Source: a virus. From it: a stretch of 43,711 bases of DNA. The DNA lies in the IMG/VR virus record IMGVR_UViG_3300045988_142367; one strand, given 5' to 3'. Within the stretch, counting starts at the first letter, position 1, and every line of letters begins with the position of its first letter. Positions 7,691 through 17,249 of the stretch are shown one piece after another. The notes beneath the pieces were generated by a model. It worked only from the letters and a program-made list of their open reading frames with translations. It was not told where the DNA came from and ran no database searches. Made by a program: the position numbers and the translations under genes.

Positions 7691-9343
7691 TTATTCAAGA
7701 GTCCAGCTGTCGTTTGACTCTATAGTGAGCGTCTTGGATTCTCCGGCAGCCACAAAGGTGAGGCTCTCTGGAGTGAGGTTGATGTAGGAAGAAGACCCCT
7801 GCTGGCTAAACGTGAAGTCTCGGGTGGCAGTCTTGTCGCCCTCACCGGTGACAGTTACTGTCACTACAAAGCCTCCACGAGGCTCCGTAGTAGGATTGGC
7901 TCCAACGGAGACAATGCCGTCAGAAGAGAGAGCAAATCCAGTTGCAGCGGTCTTGACCTTTGGACTGAGATCAAAGACAACCGCAGCAGTAGTGCTGGCC
8001 TCTGTTCTGGTGGCGCCAGAAGTATAGGTGACAGTCTGCTTGGCGCCAACATTGGAGTTGTCGGTCATGTTTCGGCTTTGGGTACCGTCAGCCTTGAGTG
8101 AAACCTCTGTGGCAACGGCAGAGTCAAAGGTGATGTCACCGTAAGTAGCGGTGTTGGCTGCCTGATATACATCTACAGAAGCGGACTTGGTAGCTGTAGT
8201 CTTCCAAGTAACCGTAGCAGTGAGAGTGCCCTTCTTAGTTCTGTTGGTAACAGTTGTACCAAGTGAAGCAGCTGAAACTCCCTCACTAAAGGTGATGGTA
8301 CAATCATCAGAGCCGTTGGTGAGGGCAACATCACTGGTGACTGAACCCGAGGTGTAAGTCTGTGAACCCTTGGCTGTAACCGTAGTAGAAGATACTGAAC
8401 CTCCGGAAGCTGGGATGTCAGCTGGAGCAGCCAGTGTCACATCCGTAACTGCATAAGTAACGGAATTGGCTTGCTGACTAACTGAAACCTCTTTGGAAGC
8501 AGACTTGCCATTAGCATTGAGAGTGATAGTTACAGTGCCTGAAATCACGTCTCCAACCACGGTTGTACGAGATTCCGCAGATACCTGACCCGTAGCTGTG
8601 GCAAGGGTAAGAGATGAAGGCCATCCGGTCTTAGTTGCATAAGCAACAGTGCCACCGGTAGTAATGGTGCCACCCCCCGAGGTAACACCGTTCCATCCCC
8701 AAGGCTGGGAGAAGGAAACAGAAGGGGCATCAACGGTACCACCGGCAGCAGGGATTTGCTGATAAGTACCCACGGTGAGGGTAACAGCACCATAAGACTT
8801 GACACCCTTGGCCTGAATGATGGCGATAGCATCAGTGACAACATCGCCGTTACCATTCTGAAGCTTGATCTCCAATGTTCTGGCAGCTTCAGTCTTGTTC
8901 TCTGGGATCTTGACGTCGATAGTGAAAGTGAACTGAGCATCCTTACCCGGATCGTCATCAATGCCCGTGTCAGTCTTTCCATCCCAAGAATCATCGTTGA
9001 CTGCGTTGACTTGGATCTTGTAGGCTGCCCCAGAGATAATCTTGCCCGTAGTCTCGGCCACCTTGATGTTTGCCGTATTTGCGGTACCAGTGATCTGAAT
9101 GGTGTCAGAACCGTCAGAGTTGCTACCCTTTGCAGCGGCATTGTAAGTCTTGGTCGGCACATTAATAAACTCAGCCTTACCGGCCTGAGAAACTGAAGTA
9201 GTGTCTGTTGCACCTCCAGTTGTTTTAGCAGTGATTGTTCCACCTCTCTGCTGACGCCCCGTGTACTCACTGGCGGTAACCGTTGTGGAATCGTTCTTGG
9301 AACCTGAGCTCTTGCCCAGTTTAATCCAACTCGGTTTTGCCAT
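7691..9343 (-). CDS. Tail fibre-like protein with BACON-like N- and C-terminal modules (550 aa)
   Basis: Starts MAKPSWIKLGKSSGSKNDSTTVTASEYTGRQQRGGTITA and ends SKTLTIESNDSWTLE. Thr/Ser/Gly-rich, beta-rich repeats throughout. Confidence 0.6.
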   Translation of the reverse strand: MAKPSWIKLGKSSGSKNDSTTVTASEYTGRQQRGGTITAKTTGGATDTTSVSQAGKAEFINVPTKTYNAAAKGSNSDGSDTIQITGTANTANIKVAETTGKIISGAAYKIQVNAVNDDSWDGKTDTGIDDDPGKDAQFTFTIDVKIPENKTEAARTLEIKLQNGNGDVVTDAIAIIQAKGVKSYGAVTLTVGTYQQIPAAGGTVDAPSVSFSQPWGWNGVTSGGGTITTGGTVAYATKTGWPSSLTLATATGQVSAESRTTVVGDVISGTVTITLNANGKSASKEVSVSQQANSVTYAVTDVTLAAPADIPASGGSVSSTTVTAKGSQTYTSGSVTSDVALTNGSDDCTITFSEGVSAASLGTTVTNRTKKGTLTATVTWKTTATKSASVDVYQAANTATYGDITFDSAVATEVSLKADGTQSRNMTDNSNVGAKQTVTYTSGATRTEASTTAAVVFDLSPKVKTAATGFALSSDGIVSVGANPTTEPRGGFVVTVTVTGEGDKTATRDFTFSQQGSSSYINLTPESLTFVAAGESKTLTIESNDSWTLE

Positions 9344-9391
9344 ACTTTTTAATGGTTTTAGAATGTTAATAAATTAGCCTTTATTAGGTGT

Positions 9392-9553
9392 TTAGTCGTT
9401 GTATTTGACTCCAAGAGTCCAGGAAGCATTAGATTCTACGGTTAGATCTTTAGTGCTCTCTGGGTCCGGGAATTCTAAGTTCTCTGGAACAAGTTTGATG
9501 AACTCATTCAGAGATTGATGCTTATGCATCATCAGAGCTCTAAATACACTCAT
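9392..9553 (-). CDS. Small ORF (53 aa) ending in a BACON-type ESNxSWTL motif; possible remnant or adaptor
   Basis: Below the ORF-track size cut-off. Its ATG lies 3 nt after the stop of 9557..9913. Sequence: MSVFRALMMHKHQSLNEFIKLVPENLEFPDPESTKDLTVESNASWTLGVKYND. Confidence 0.4.
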   Translation of the reverse strand: MSVFRALMMHKHQSLNEFIKLVPENLEFPDPESTKDLTVESNASWTLGVKYND

Positions 9554-9556
9554 AGC

Positions 9557-9913
9557 TTAGACTTTTGGAAATTCTCCCCAGACAGCCAGAGACCCTATCA
9601 CTGAGACCACATATATGCGATCAGCTTGAGTGACAGGAGCCTCTCCGTTCATCCATTTGATGGTGGAGTCACCCACGATAGCATGAATGGTTGCTCCCAC
9701 TTCGATAGTATAGACAGTCTCTTTGTGAGATGCGCTTGCCTGAACAATGTAATCGTCCTCGAGCTCTGGGACATCTACGTAGGTGATACCATCTAGTCTA
9801 TCCAGTACTTGTTTTACGGTCTCATTTTTGTGCTTTATCTGATCTGAGTCTGTGACATATTGGCCCTCTAATGGGCGTCTTATTTCGCCATAGATCTTGA
9901 TATAATCTGCCAT
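9557..9913 (-). CDS. Hypothetical tail-associated protein (118 aa)
   Basis: Tightly packed ORF within the tail-fibre block. No motif recognised. Confidence 0.5.
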   Translation of the reverse strand: MADYIKIYGEIRRPLEGQYVTDSDQIKHKNETVKQVLDRLDGITYVDVPELEDDYIVQASASHKETVYTIEVGATIHAIVGDSTIKWMNGEAPVTQADRIYVVSVIGSLAVWGEFPKV

Positions 9914-9926
9914 GATATTCTAAGTT

Positions 9927-11042
9927 TTAAGAGATAACAATGGTCATAGGGTCAGTACCAGGAAGATCCTTAGTTCGATAGCACTTGTAGGTTCCCAGTG
10001 GAGTAGAAGCCTCTACTGGAGCCAAGAACGGAACATCGAAACCACTAGATGTAACCTTGTTGATTGACATGGTGTTAGGGACGCAGAGCCACATGTACTT
10101 AGTAGCATCATCATTGGTGAGAGTCTTGGTACCATTGAGAGAAGAGCCTCCCTTAGTCAGTGAAGTGATAGTCAACTCATTTCCTGTGGTGGCCTTAGAG
10201 AATCCATAGTATACTGGGAGATAGAGATTAGCACTGATAGACCTTGGTGAGTTCTTTATAGTAGTAGAACCCTTCTTAGCAGTGACTGAGCCAGATTTGT
10301 AGCCCTGAGTAGAGAGAGTGAATTTCTCTGAGCCCTCCGCTACATTCTCCAGGGTCTTAGTCTCGCCGTTGAACTGGATCTGGACAGTGTCAGCTACTAC
10401 TGGCTTAGAGTTTCTGAGAACCCTGAAAGATACACTGACCTCTACTGAGTTACCTGTCCATTCTGCCGAAGACGGCGAGATGGAAGCCTCAAGTGAAGTC
10501 GGGAAGCAGTAGTCCTGCAGCTCCCTTATGGCTCCTGTCACGACTCTGTTCTGCACGCAATTCTCACTGGTCTCAGAAAGTTCGGAGTCAGGCTTGCAGG
10601 ATTCACCTGGTGTGGGATCAGGGACATCTCCACCGCCCGATGTCTCTTTATCCACATAGAGATTGACAATACAACTGTCTTCCTGAACCCCGGAAGCATC
10701 GTTGCATGAGGCAACCCTTATGACTCCGTGCTGAAGTATCCTCTTCTTGATGCCGGAGCCATTGACGAAAACGACTTCCACCCCATAGTCGCCTATCGGG
10801 AGAGAGCCGGTTTCAACGAGTCCTCTGATCTCGTTGGTCGTGACAAACCGTGCTTTGACGGCGACTTTCCTGTCGGAACCTACCACCTTCGCCATTATTT
10901 CTGAGCAGTCCTCCAATTCGTAGGCTCTGTCTTGGCCGAACGTCAGTCCTTTCGACCAAAGACAGATCCTGATAGGGAAATCATTCCCCCTGACGACATG
11001 GAAAATGTCGTTTTTTTCGTTGTATGCGCAATTCATATTCAT
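9927..11042 (-). CDS. Hypothetical tail protein (371 aa)
   Basis: Long ORF in the tail block, beta-rich. No motif recognised. Confidence 0.55.
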   Translation of the reverse strand: MNMNCAYNEKNDIFHVVRGNDFPIRICLWSKGLTFGQDRAYELEDCSEIMAKVVGSDRKVAVKARFVTTNEIRGLVETGSLPIGDYGVEVVFVNGSGIKKRILQHGVIRVASCNDASGVQEDSCIVNLYVDKETSGGGDVPDPTPGESCKPDSELSETSENCVQNRVVTGAIRELQDYCFPTSLEASISPSSAEWTGNSVEVSVSFRVLRNSKPVVADTVQIQFNGETKTLENVAEGSEKFTLSTQGYKSGSVTAKKGSTTIKNSPRSISANLYLPVYYGFSKATTGNELTITSLTKGGSSLNGTKTLTNDDATKYMWLCVPNTMSINKVTSSGFDVPFLAPVEASTPLGTYKCYRTKDLPGTDPMTIVIS

Positions 11043-11067
11043 TAATATCTAATGCTTGAGTTCTTGG

Positions 11068-14000
11068 TTATCGTTCCTCCGAGGGGTCGAGCGTCAGCGC
11101 GGTGGCGAAATTCATGGAATTATCTGCCTCCTGTGTACATTCACAAGTTGCAATAACAGCCCCTGAACTTGTCAACAAACTCAAATCAAAGGTTCTCTCA
11201 GCAGTGCCATTAACATCTGGCTGTATGTACATAGGAGTTATGTTACGATCACCTCTACTGAATGGTAAATTTGCAGTTTTAGATGTTCCGTCTTCAGAAT
11301 AGGTAAAGGTGACATAGGATGGCCCATCAATCGTCCAACCTAAGTTGTCCGGGTTGTTAAGGGTGAGCTCCAACCCATCGGGACTCGATTCTGATTGCCC
11401 CAGACTGTCAAAGCGGAATGTAGAAGGAACATCCCAAGAAAGCAGGATCTTGGATTCCTGAGTTACGGTACAAGTAGCATAGACAGTATTCCCATCAGTG
11501 CTTACCAATTGTACAGTGCCGGTTCTTGAAGAGCCGGTGTCATTTGCCCTTGCCACCAGGTCGGTGTCGCGGTCTCCGGATCCCTCGGTAATCCCGTCGC
11601 TGACAAGGCACCAGTCCGGAAGCGTCAGTCTCCAGCCGGCGCTGTCTTTGTCCGTTATCGTGAAAATCGCTCCGTCGCCACCCGCCTCAAATGCTTGCGT
11701 CGCCGGGAGGGACCATGTGGCGGCCCTTGCCGCCGACTGCACAATCGTGAACGACTTCGAATATGTTCCCTTGCCGTCCGTTCTGGTTCCTGTTACCGTG
11801 ACTGTCCCGACGCGCTCGGAGGCCGTGGTGTTCTGCGCGAAGGTAACCTTAACCGAGGAGGATTCGATGGAGGCCGCAGCCGCTGAGAGTCCTCCGGACA
11901 CCGTCGCGTTCAAACCCGTAAGGTTTTGGTAGGACATCGGATTCGTCAATACAGTTAGCGTGGCCTTAACCGTGGCACTGTTCATGGAGAATGTGATGGA
12001 GGGTTCCAGCGATGCCGCCGCTTTCTGTTCCACGCTGCTTACGGCGAAGGTTGTGTTGCCGTCAGCGCTCTTCAGCGTTATGTTTCCAGACCGTTCCGCA
12101 CCGGTGTTGGCATCGACTTGGAACGAGACCTCTCCGCTGCCTGTTCCAGAATCGATTCCGCCTTCGGCTCCCATCCAGTCAGGGTACTCCACTTTCCAGC
12201 CAACATTGTAGTTGTCGGTGACCTGGATAGATGGAGCATTGCTTCCGTCGGCTTTGATGATCCAGGTTGAAGGCAAATTCCAGGACGGGTCGACTTTCGG
12301 AGTCTCAGCCTTGGCGGCTTGTTTGGCGACACATATTGTTAAATTACTCGCGCCGCTTTTGAGTATGAGTTCGAAACTGCGCGAAGAACCGGTGTCGTTC
12401 GCAGGGTATCTGACCGATAGTTTCCCTTGGCCTGTTCCGGTCGCAGAGCCTGACTCTAACGTCAGAGGACTATCGAACACTACTCTCCAGCCTGCTCTCG
12501 CAGGATCGCTTATGTTTATGTCAAAGGTGCCGCCGGCAGGATTCAAGGTCAGATATTCTCCGAGGTACGAAGAAGGAAGATCCCACGATGGGTCTTCGGC
12601 TGATGCCGCCGCTGCTTTCTGCGTCACCGTATACGACTTCGAGAAGGTTCCCTTGCCGTCCGTTCTGTCTCCTGTCAGGGTAACCGTGGCCATTTTCGCC
12701 GAATTGCCCGTGTTCTCCGCATAGGCGAACCCGATGAGGTAACCGGTGATCGACGGCCCCGTGGTTATGGTCATCCCTCCAGAGGCGGACACCCGAAGGT
12801 TGGTGAGTCCTGTCGTGGTGAACGTGTTTGTCACGGTGCCGGCCTTTGCCTCGACCTCTATGCTGTCTTTCTGGAAGCTGATGCTGACTTCAGCCGAAAA
12901 ATAGGTGACGTTCACTGACTTCTCGGCGTAGATGTTTGGTTTGTCTGTACTTGTCGCCCGGATCTTGACCGTAGAACCGTTCGCTCCTCCCTTGACAGTA
13001 AGCAGCCCCTTCTCATCGATGGACGCATAGTCCGAACCGCTCACCACACTCCAGGTTATGCTCCGCTGTGTCGTGTTCGACGGTGAATATGTCACCTGGA
13101 ACTGCGCCGTGTTGCTTACATCGTTCACGGTGGACGGCCCGAGGATGCCAAGTCCTGTGATGTCGATGTCCACTTTGTCAATGACAGTGTTGTTAGGGTT
13201 TGCGTAATGCCATTTGAACGTCATGCTGCTGACAGTCCTATCCGTCAGCGATGTCTTGAACTCGTCCACGACAATAGCCCGTTCCGAACCATCCTTCTCG
13301 ATGATGTACCTCTCCTTGGCCGCAAGAAACTCCAGCCAGTACCCGTTCATCCCGATGCTGTCGATGTGCCCGGAGTTCTGCTCGAATATCATCGAATAGT
13401 CATTCTCCAGCTCCTGCTCTATCCCGGAATTCACGAACACCTGCGTCTCCGACTCTATCGAGCGGCTGAACTTCCCGGTTGCGTGAATATATTCATACGT
13501 CCTTCGCCGCCCCAGGAACTTGTACGTCTTCAGTGGCAACCGCATCCTCTTGATGACGAAAGAATATACCGTTGACTTGCTTCCGGAACACTCTATCCAA
13601 ACATCATAGGACACTATGTTTGACACGTCCAGCCCCTTTGCGGAAGCGGTCGCCAGCATCGTGTCAGCGGAAATGTCAAGGTCATAATATTTCAGATTAA
13701 TGCTATACGTGGGACTGAGCTCGTAGTTGCTGGATGAGCCTCCGGCAAGATAGTTAAATCTGACATAGGTGGAGACATCACCCGCCATCCTGTAGAACCA
13801 GAGTCTGTCTTCGGCTCCGACATGGACAGGAGATTTTTCCGGCCTTGTCGTGAATATGGTCGCGGCAAGCGACTTGTAGGCGAACTTCCGGCAAGGCAGC
13901 ACACTGAAACTGTACGAGCAAGACGACGTGCCTTGCGTGGCTGCGAATACTCCTGTAATCATCCCGACACCGTTGCCTTTCAGAACCCTGAGTATTTCCC

Positions 14001-14172
14001 CCGCCGGCAACCGTACTATGCCAGAGTTTGGAGTCACCTCAAAACTCATGACCTCCTGATTGGGGACAAAGGTGTTGAGCCTGACGGAGATCGTCACCGT
14101 GTCATCCGATTCCGTGGTCAGCGTCAGCCAAGAGCTTTCGTCAGCGAATTGTATGCTACCTGTAAATTCCAT
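11068..14172 (-). CDS. Large tail protein with a Big_2-like domain and about five tandem BACON-like repeats (1034 aa)
   Basis: ITWSVVSGSDYASIDEKGLLTVKGGANGSTVKIRATS is Big_2-like. The repeated pattern PSW(D/N)LP...GW(R/K)V...GSG...AN(D/T)(T)G(S/A)(S/E)R(S/T)G...Q occurs several times. The C-terminal module is paralogous to part of 4856..7621. Confidence 0.7.
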   Translation of the reverse strand: MEFTGSIQFADESSWLTLTTESDDTVTISVRLNTFVPNQEVMSFEVTPNSGIVRLPAGEILRVLKGNGVGMITGVFAATQGTSSCSYSFSVLPCRKFAYKSLAATIFTTRPEKSPVHVGAEDRLWFYRMAGDVSTYVRFNYLAGGSSSNYELSPTYSINLKYYDLDISADTMLATASAKGLDVSNIVSYDVWIECSGSKSTVYSFVIKRMRLPLKTYKFLGRRRTYEYIHATGKFSRSIESETQVFVNSGIEQELENDYSMIFEQNSGHIDSIGMNGYWLEFLAAKERYIIEKDGSERAIVVDEFKTSLTDRTVSSMTFKWHYANPNNTVIDKVDIDITGLGILGPSTVNDVSNTAQFQVTYSPSNTTQRSITWSVVSGSDYASIDEKGLLTVKGGANGSTVKIRATSTDKPNIYAEKSVNVTYFSAEVSISFQKDSIEVEAKAGTVTNTFTTTGLTNLRVSASGGMTITTGPSITGYLIGFAYAENTGNSAKMATVTLTGDRTDGKGTFSKSYTVTQKAAAASAEDPSWDLPSSYLGEYLTLNPAGGTFDINISDPARAGWRVVFDSPLTLESGSATGTGQGKLSVRYPANDTGSSRSFELILKSGASNLTICVAKQAAKAETPKVDPSWNLPSTWIIKADGSNAPSIQVTDNYNVGWKVEYPDWMGAEGGIDSGTGSGEVSFQVDANTGAERSGNITLKSADGNTTFAVSSVEQKAAASLEPSITFSMNSATVKATLTVLTNPMSYQNLTGLNATVSGGLSAAAASIESSSVKVTFAQNTTASERVGTVTVTGTRTDGKGTYSKSFTIVQSAARAATWSLPATQAFEAGGDGAIFTITDKDSAGWRLTLPDWCLVSDGITEGSGDRDTDLVARANDTGSSRTGTVQLVSTDGNTVYATCTVTQESKILLSWDVPSTFRFDSLGQSESSPDGLELTLNNPDNLGWTIDGPSYVTFTYSEDGTSKTANLPFSRGDRNITPMYIQPDVNGTAERTFDLSLLTSSGAVIATCECTQEADNSMNFATALTLDPSEER

Positions 14173-14250
14173 ATCCGTGTTTCAATGGCAGGGTATATCA
14201 TCCCCAACCCAGGACAAATGTACACCTGGAGACCCCATTCAGAAAGGACA

Positions 14251-16056
14251 TCAGATTTCGATGAACTCGCCTCTGGTGGAGACCCTGTCCGAACCCGCCG
14301 CCACCGTCACCGAGAGCTTCGCCACGATCCATTTCCTCCCCCTGAAGTACACCGGCCTGTACAGCCTGAAGTTGTGCAGTTCGACAGGCGTGAGGTTCAC
14401 GTCCACGGCCACCCTCTGCCTCGTCTTTCCCAGCCACTGGGCGAATGCCTTGTGATATTCTTCCCAGAGACCGCCGGGAGTAAGGTCTTCGGTTCCAACA
14501 AACTGAAAGTCCGCCTTTGAGATAGGGGCGAATATGCCATTGCTGAAAAACTGATCCTCAAATGACACCCCTATGTAGACCTTGTTGTCACGCTCTTTTC
14601 CAACATCGTTCGGTTCAATTATAGCCGCCATGCTCCGTGGAAAAGTTGTGTCGGAAATGAATAATTTTTCCGGCACGCAGCCCGCTGTCATAAATTCGGT
14701 GCTATTGTCAAATGTGTCTGCGCCTTCCACATGGTTTTCCACAGGCTTTGCCCCTTTGTAAAGCAAGTCGCATTCATACGCTATTTCCGTTACAGGAACG
14801 ATCACGCCATTGTTTGGGTTATATTGTCTCCTTACGACTCCGTCATATTTGCGGCCAGAATAGACATCACCAGTAGCCTCGTCGAAGACCACCGAATAAT
14901 CCTCACTTGACGAAAAGTGCGCCAGTATGCCGCCCACATTGCCCTCTTGGATTCTTTCTACTCGACCGTCTTCCATATTTTGGGTTAGCTTTGTAGTGTC
15001 ATAGGAGATTCCATCGTCGCCATAGCCGAACTTATAAGATACGGCTTTCTCTTCCGAAGAAGAATAATCGTCCTCTATTTTTTCTTCCCAATCCTCGACA
15101 GGATAGCCAAGAACATCTTTATTCTCTATCATTCTAACTTTTCCGCCGTCGTTGAATATGGTCGAACAGAACATCGAACAAAGACCTTTAATCAACTCAG
15201 CGAAAGAGAGGTCTGGAAGGAACGAGGCCAAATCAGTGATCTTATTGTTTCCTGGAGTAGAAGATCCTCGCCTTGTGGGCTTTCCGGTTGACGGTGGCCT
15301 TGTTCCCGATGTTGCCACGTCACGCCACCTGTTCGGCTTCACCACGTCATCAAACAAGAATTCGTGGTATCTACCAAGAATGGATAGTTCAGCCCATCCG
15401 TTCCGGAGTAGCATGTCGTTAGGAACATTTACCGAGCATCCTGCCAGGATGACCCTCAATGGAATAGCCGGAATGAAGGTATTATAGGTAAAACTCTCTG
15501 ACGCATTGTAATAATTGTAATACTTCTTCCTGTAGAGGTAATCGTCTTCAGTTAGTTGCCCTGTGGTAGCGCCTGCTGAACCTGGCTCACCTGACACGGG
15601 AATTCTACTGATCACCGAATATGGCTGTATTGCAACATTTGTCTTGTTAATAAGCAGCGGCGTAGAAAACTTCGAGAGGGTGCTTGGGATGGAACCCGTG
15701 TCGAACTCCAGGATGCTCTTCTCCCAGATCTTCCCCTCCAGTTCCACCATCTTCTCCGTGAACGTGTACATCAGACATCCGTCCTCGATGCCGTCGTACA
15801 CCAGCGTGCCGGTCACGAAAGGCACGCCGCCGATCCACACCGAGGCCTCCAGCCTCTTCACGTTCGGAGCCAGGAACATCGCCGGAGTGTAGCCGAACAC
15901 CTTCCTGTTCACCGGCGACGGCGGGAACGAGATCTGCGTGCTGAAAGCTGAAGGGATATGCTCCTCGTCCAGCATCGGGTTCTCCATCTCGATCTGGAAC
16001 TCGAACCCCTTCGTAAGATCCAGCTCCGTGTAGTCCTTTGTCAGTATCCTAACCAT
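14251..16056 (-). CDS. Hypothetical tail/baseplate protein (601 aa)
   Basis: Long ORF. It is the first late gene after the moron island. ATG at 16054..16056. Confidence 0.55.
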   Translation of the reverse strand: MVRILTKDYTELDLTKGFEFQIEMENPMLDEEHIPSAFSTQISFPPSPVNRKVFGYTPAMFLAPNVKRLEASVWIGGVPFVTGTLVYDGIEDGCLMYTFTEKMVELEGKIWEKSILEFDTGSIPSTLSKFSTPLLINKTNVAIQPYSVISRIPVSGEPGSAGATTGQLTEDDYLYRKKYYNYYNASESFTYNTFIPAIPLRVILAGCSVNVPNDMLLRNGWAELSILGRYHEFLFDDVVKPNRWRDVATSGTRPPSTGKPTRRGSSTPGNNKITDLASFLPDLSFAELIKGLCSMFCSTIFNDGGKVRMIENKDVLGYPVEDWEEKIEDDYSSSEEKAVSYKFGYGDDGISYDTTKLTQNMEDGRVERIQEGNVGGILAHFSSSEDYSVVFDEATGDVYSGRKYDGVVRRQYNPNNGVIVPVTEIAYECDLLYKGAKPVENHVEGADTFDNSTEFMTAGCVPEKLFISDTTFPRSMAAIIEPNDVGKERDNKVYIGVSFEDQFFSNGIFAPISKADFQFVGTEDLTPGGLWEEYHKAFAQWLGKTRQRVAVDVNLTPVELHNFRLYRPVYFRGRKWIVAKLSVTVAAGSDRVSTRGEFIEI

Positions 16057-16076
16057 AAATTCCCCATTTTATGGCA

Positions 16077-16100
16077 CAAAAATAGCCGCCCTCAGGCGGC
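16077..16100 (-). terminator. Intrinsic terminator after the toxin gene, overlapping a TATTTTTG -7 box for the next late gene
   Basis: Minus strand reads GCCGCC-TGAG-GGCGGC followed by TATTTTTG. That U-tract also fits the Bacteroides -7 consensus TAnnTTTG (16077..16084), 20 nt before the ATG at 16056. Confidence 0.6.
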
Positions 16101-16117
16101 CACAAAGGACAACAAGA

Positions 16118-16564
16118 TTACTCTTCTAATTTGAATTTTTTCAGCACATAAGGCTTGATGGCCGGGGATTGTCGGACGTGGTCAAGACACTCTTTCAGGT
16201 CTTCTTCCTTTATATGTCCAAGATATTCAGCGCTTTCCAGAACCCTTTCGCTACTGAACTCCCTCACTGTGTAGCAATCCACATAGCTATCGTGATCAAG
16301 GAAATCATTGTCAGCAACTTTGACCAAATGCTGATATGGTGCGATCTGGGCAAACATGCTTTCATTGATCCGCGTGTTCACCAAAAGGGCGGCCAGCACA
16401 CCACCATCATCAGTCTGTCCTATGATAACAAATCTTTTCGGTTTGGAGTCCTTCCCTTGCTTGGGCTTAACCCTGTCCTCCGGAAACATCTCCATTTTCA
16501 GAACCTGACCGATCCCAATCGCCTGCTTCCTGAGTTTGTCAGGAAATGCTCCCAGTTCCATCAT
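16118..16564 (-). CDS. Candidate toxin with a PemK/MazF-like pattern, partner of the Panacea antitoxin
   Basis: Two adjacent ATGs (16562..16564 and 16559..16561); the second shares its A with the PanA stop (ATGA-type overlap). GQVLKMEMFPED...KPKRFVIIGQTDDGGVLAALLVNTRI...FLDHDSYVDCYTVREFSSERV...YLGHIKEEDL follows the MazF/PemK layout: G-x-hydrophobics, basic R/K-hVI, T-S/T, DS-hV-c, ER, G-h. Confidence 0.5.
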   Translation of the reverse strand: MMELGAFPDKLRKQAIGIGQVLKMEMFPEDRVKPKQGKDSKPKRFVIIGQTDDGGVLAALLVNTRINESMFAQIAPYQHLVKVADNDFLDHDSYVDCYTVREFSSERVLESAEYLGHIKEEDLKECLDHVRQSPAIKPYVLKKFKLEE

Positions 16565-17166
16565 GATCTGGCAAACCATTCAGTATCAAGAAAGTCCTTC
16601 AGGTACTGCAACGCATCATCAGAGGCGTTTCCTTCCTTGGATATATTCATGATGTCCATCTCCTTGAGGGAAGTGCCACTGTTGAAAGCGCGGCTCCACT
16701 CCTGCCCGTGCGTGTCATCCATGATCTGACTGAAGGACATCCCGGCAACTTTGCTGATTCCGTAGTTCAGACATTCTATGTCAGACAGGGAAAGAAAATC
16801 CATGTCGGGTCTCTCTTTCGCTGAAAATCTCTCATTCTCGAAAGCTATGGCATCCGAAGCCAAATGCATGTCATCTGCCTTATGGTAGTCGAGCACACGA
16901 GAATCGCCACGTGCCATTTTCAGAATATTGTAGATGTTGGACGGTACCGGCCCGAACGGCAAAGCGCAGATGCAGTCCTTGAAGAGGGGAGTGCCATACC
17001 GCGCAAGGTGGTTCTGCTGCGCATAGTAAGCCGCCTTGACAAGGCTGTAGATGTCCCTCTTACCATCCTTACTATGCGTCAGGATGTAGAGCAGAACCGC
17101 CTTGATCACCAATATGTCATCTTTCCCAAGCCTCATGGATTTCCGTGTATTTCGTTTGCATATCAT
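16561..17166 (-). CDS. panA: Panacea-domain (DUF4065, SocA/GepA-like) antitoxin
   Basis: IKAVLLYIL...LVKAAYYAQQNHLARYGTPLFKDCICALPFGPVPSNIYNILK matches the DUF4065 core (KLLYyAq..hL...G.PLf.d.feAw.yGPV...vY). The gene sits upstream of a small ORF and overlaps it. Confidence 0.7.
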   Translation of the reverse strand: MICKRNTRKSMRLGKDDILVIKAVLLYILTHSKDGKRDIYSLVKAAYYAQQNHLARYGTPLFKDCICALPFGPVPSNIYNILKMARGDSRVLDYHKADDMHLASDAIAFENERFSAKERPDMDFLSLSDIECLNYGISKVAGMSFSQIMDDTHGQEWSRAFNSGTSLKEMDIMNISKEGNASDDALQYLKDFLDTEWFARS

Positions 17167-17249
17167 TTGTGTTTACAAAGGAACAAACTTTAGACCAAAA
17201 TTCCAACACTTTCCGCTGATTTTCACATCGTTCTGTGTCCTTCTTGGCA

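Noticed and set aside
4856-14172. Diversity-generating retroelement acting on the fibre genes (TR/VR pair)
   Set aside because: No reverse transcriptase ORF exists anywhere in the genome. The differences between the paralogous modules are not adenine-specific.
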